Source of the DNA: Glycera tridactyla
Taxonomy: Eukaryota
Assembly: GCA_965644265.1 (NCBI GenBank)
Contig: OZ286461.1
Span: forward strand, 115,940,214 to 116,004,000
Length of the DNA: 63,787 nt
Reading direction: 5' to 3'
The notes below the pieces were generated by a model. It did not search any database. It saw only the letters and a list, made by a program, of their open reading frames with translations, and was not told the origin of the DNA. Position 1 is the first letter of the stretch, and each line of letters begins with the position of its first letter. Shown here one piece after another: positions 60,931 to 63,787 of the stretch. The position numbers and the translations under genes are program-made.

Positions 60931-63099
60931 TAGAGTATTCGATGAATGCATCCCACTTCGCTCAGATGAGAGTTTGCGCTATTTTGTAATTCTGATCACA
61001 ATCTAATGTGGATTGATCTTTTATTTGGATTGGTTGGTTGATTGGTTATTGTTTAATGTCACATAATCACCATATGTGTTATATTGTAACGTCCCTGCTA
61101 GCATCGGAGACCCTCCCTCCTGGGTCTCCGACGGAAAGTGAACATTTATGAAATTCACTGACATTGGAGTTTGAGTTCTGTCATTTTACACATGAAAACT
61201 AATTCTACCAGGGAATACTCACATATGGATACTATTCACTGGCACCGAGATGTAATCTGGGATGGTCATACTACGAGAGCATGATCTGGTCAAAATCTCC
61301 TAATCGCTGTAAATTGTATCATATGGTTTCCAAGAAATAACATCCGCGTCTCAGGATAAAAAGCATAGAGGGTACCACGATTTTCGTATTGTTTAGAAAT
61401 CCAACAAACAATGATGACTGCTGTTCAGAATGTTCGCCTGGCTGGTATCCGATTACTGTTTTGTTTACCATCTTGTTGAGATCATGTTGCCTGCAAGATA
61501 TGACCTGACACTACCGGAAGTCACAGGATGGTGACGTCATACATGCAACAATAGGACACCGGCAAATGGCCAAGAGCAAACTTTTCGAGGGAGATCGACC
61601 TCTCAAGTTTTCGAACAAAAACTCTATGAAAGCACCCATCCCTGACGTAGATGCCACAATAATCATACCTGCCAGTGTGTTGTAATACATTGTGTGTCTG
61701 AAAGTTCCAAACTTACAAGAGAAAGTTGTGAAAGGAATGTATCGCCCATGAACATCCGGTGAGTGGATTTGCTCTGCTTCCCCATGACATCCAATTGCCT
61801 TTATACCACCCTATGCTGCTGCGATGGAGAAAATACCTAGGATCCAGACTCACTTGCTGTGACCCTGACGTTAATTACATCTTGAAGATGATTACGAGAT
61901 CTTCCACCAATCTGGTTATCTTATAATTGTCCATGAGATATGATTGCGATCATAAGGAGGCCATCTTAAGAACAACAGCTTTCCCATGAGATCTCGCCGA
62001 GTGATGTCTCGTCAATATCAAGCATTTGGTAGGCAAATATGTCTGCCTACTTCATGAAAATGCTGTGAAATCTTCGGTAACAATCATGAAGTTGACCAGA
62101 GGGACCTCTGCGTGAACCTTCCATGAGTTTGTAGACTTTTGCTGTGCTTGTTCCGGTATTTATGAAGGATTCGGCTGTTCCAGGTTGGCAGGCTAGCTAG
62201 TGTAGTTCGGGATTCTATACGTTTTCTCCATCATGATGGCCGATTACCAGTGCAGTAGAGGAGGCGGAATGTTTTCCTCTTCTTTCCTGTTGATCAAATC
62301 GACCCGAGTAGGCGTGAAAAGATGGTTCTTTTTTATGCACAAATAGGACACACCATTCTCGAACGAGGGAGACAAGTTCTCTGATTATTTTGCCGATCAA
62401 CGCCAACTGACTGTTGAACAGATATTCAATGAAAGATGGGATAAATTAAAATAACACATGCATGATTCATTCTGCGAATAAAGAAGAGCCACCGTTAGTT
62501 CAGATTACAAGTTTTTGCGACAACATTTCATAGAAAGGATTCCCGATATCAGTTCATTGATACAGAGATATTGCAGTTCGAGTAATTGCTGTCATCAACA
62601 TTCTGCCAATAAGAAATGATTTTCGTGGAGACTGTATCTATTCCGAAATATCGACACAATGTCCTCTGTTATAATGAATGAAAGAATGAGCACCAAATCG
62701 AATCAATCCACAGATCACCCCCACTTTCAGTGTTGAATATAGAATACCGAGACTGTTTTCCGACTGGTGTCATTGACTATACAAACTAATCCCTAACGTT
62801 CGCTTGATCGGGGCAGAATGAGACAACAGGGCAGACTCATCGAGTGGAATATAATACATTCTATTTCATTGTAATGCACTGTAATTGTTTTAGCACAGGT
62901 TGATCATGCAAGGACAATTATTGGCATACACTGACTTAGAGGAATGCCTATGTAAATCGGTTCCAATTTGCATGGCACAGCCCACCTATTATGTTAGGTG
63001 GAATATATTTTCATGTGCGGAAATGCGCATGTTTTGGATACCCGATTGACCAGATTCGCTCGTACGTAATCTGCCAACTTGAGCTCTATTATTGAGAGT

Positions 63100-63640
63100 A
63101 TGGTGGGGTGAACCATCTCAGCAGAAAGGTGACCATCTGGACAACTACACTGGCACATGTGCGCTCATATATTAGCCCAAGGCGTGCAGTGCACTCTTCC
63201 TGTATCATTCTCTTATTCAGTCCATACTCTGCTCCAACGATTTCATCTACGCAAGCATCAGTAACTCGACTTCAGATGCTGCAAAATCGCTGTTTGAGAA
63301 TAACCCATCTGCAGCAGATTGTCACAATGCGTTGCAAGCTCCCTACCCGGAACAGCCCCGCAACCGACACGTAGTCGCTGAAATGTACAAGATGACCCGG
63401 AGTCTTGTCACAGCGGACCTTGAAAGGCAGACTTGAGCACATGACCTTCGACGAAGATGTGCAAACTCTAGCAGACACACGAGGCAGTCCCTACGTGATG
63501 ATGTGAATGTCAGATGCACACCCACACGTTTTGCTGCAGAGAGTATCTATGTACGTGATGCGAGAATATGGAATAACCTGTCAGAATCTAATCAAGCCAG
63601 TCCAAATGTAATATTATCTAATAAGAAAATCAGAATGATA
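63100..63640 (+). mobile_element. CR1/L2-group LINE ORF2 3'-end relic
   Basis: HVRSYI, RLQMLQNRCLRI and ARIWNNL are typical of the L2/CR1 ORF2 C-terminus. Confidence 0.55.
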
Positions 63641-63787
63641 CACTATGAGATGATGAGGGTGTCATGAATAGATATATTATTGCTTTTCCTGCTTACGACG
63701 GGCATCGTCACTGTCTCGTTCGGTGGTGAGCGATTTTGTCAATTTCTAGCAACTTTAACATTTTGAATACTATTCCTTAGCGATAAT

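Overview
Eukaryotic, repeat-rich animal genomic DNA, probably from an invertebrate bilaterian (inference), with five N gaps next to microsatellites. Only one host gene is recognisable: an intronless galanin/allatostatin-A-family GPCR CDS (7816-8988, +). The rest is transposon relics (Ty3/gypsy, LINE, Penelope-like), MITEs and mini/microsatellites. The main feature is a near-complete but defective Neptune-type Penelope-like element (PLE) on the minus strand (25246-32112), inserted in a (TA)n tract. It has ~620-bp direct terminal repeats (pLTRs), a separate open 937-aa ORF1 and a disrupted RT-GIY-YIG ORF2. Each pLTR hides a type I hammerhead ribozyme whose catalytic halves are split by a 139-nt insert of five hairpins in stem III. 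The predicted cleavage sites define a 6237-nt unit RNA with an AUG-free 82-nt leader before ORF1. The junction geometry fits reverse transcription more than once around a circular or concatemeric template. All assignments were made by eye; no database search or RNA folding was run.
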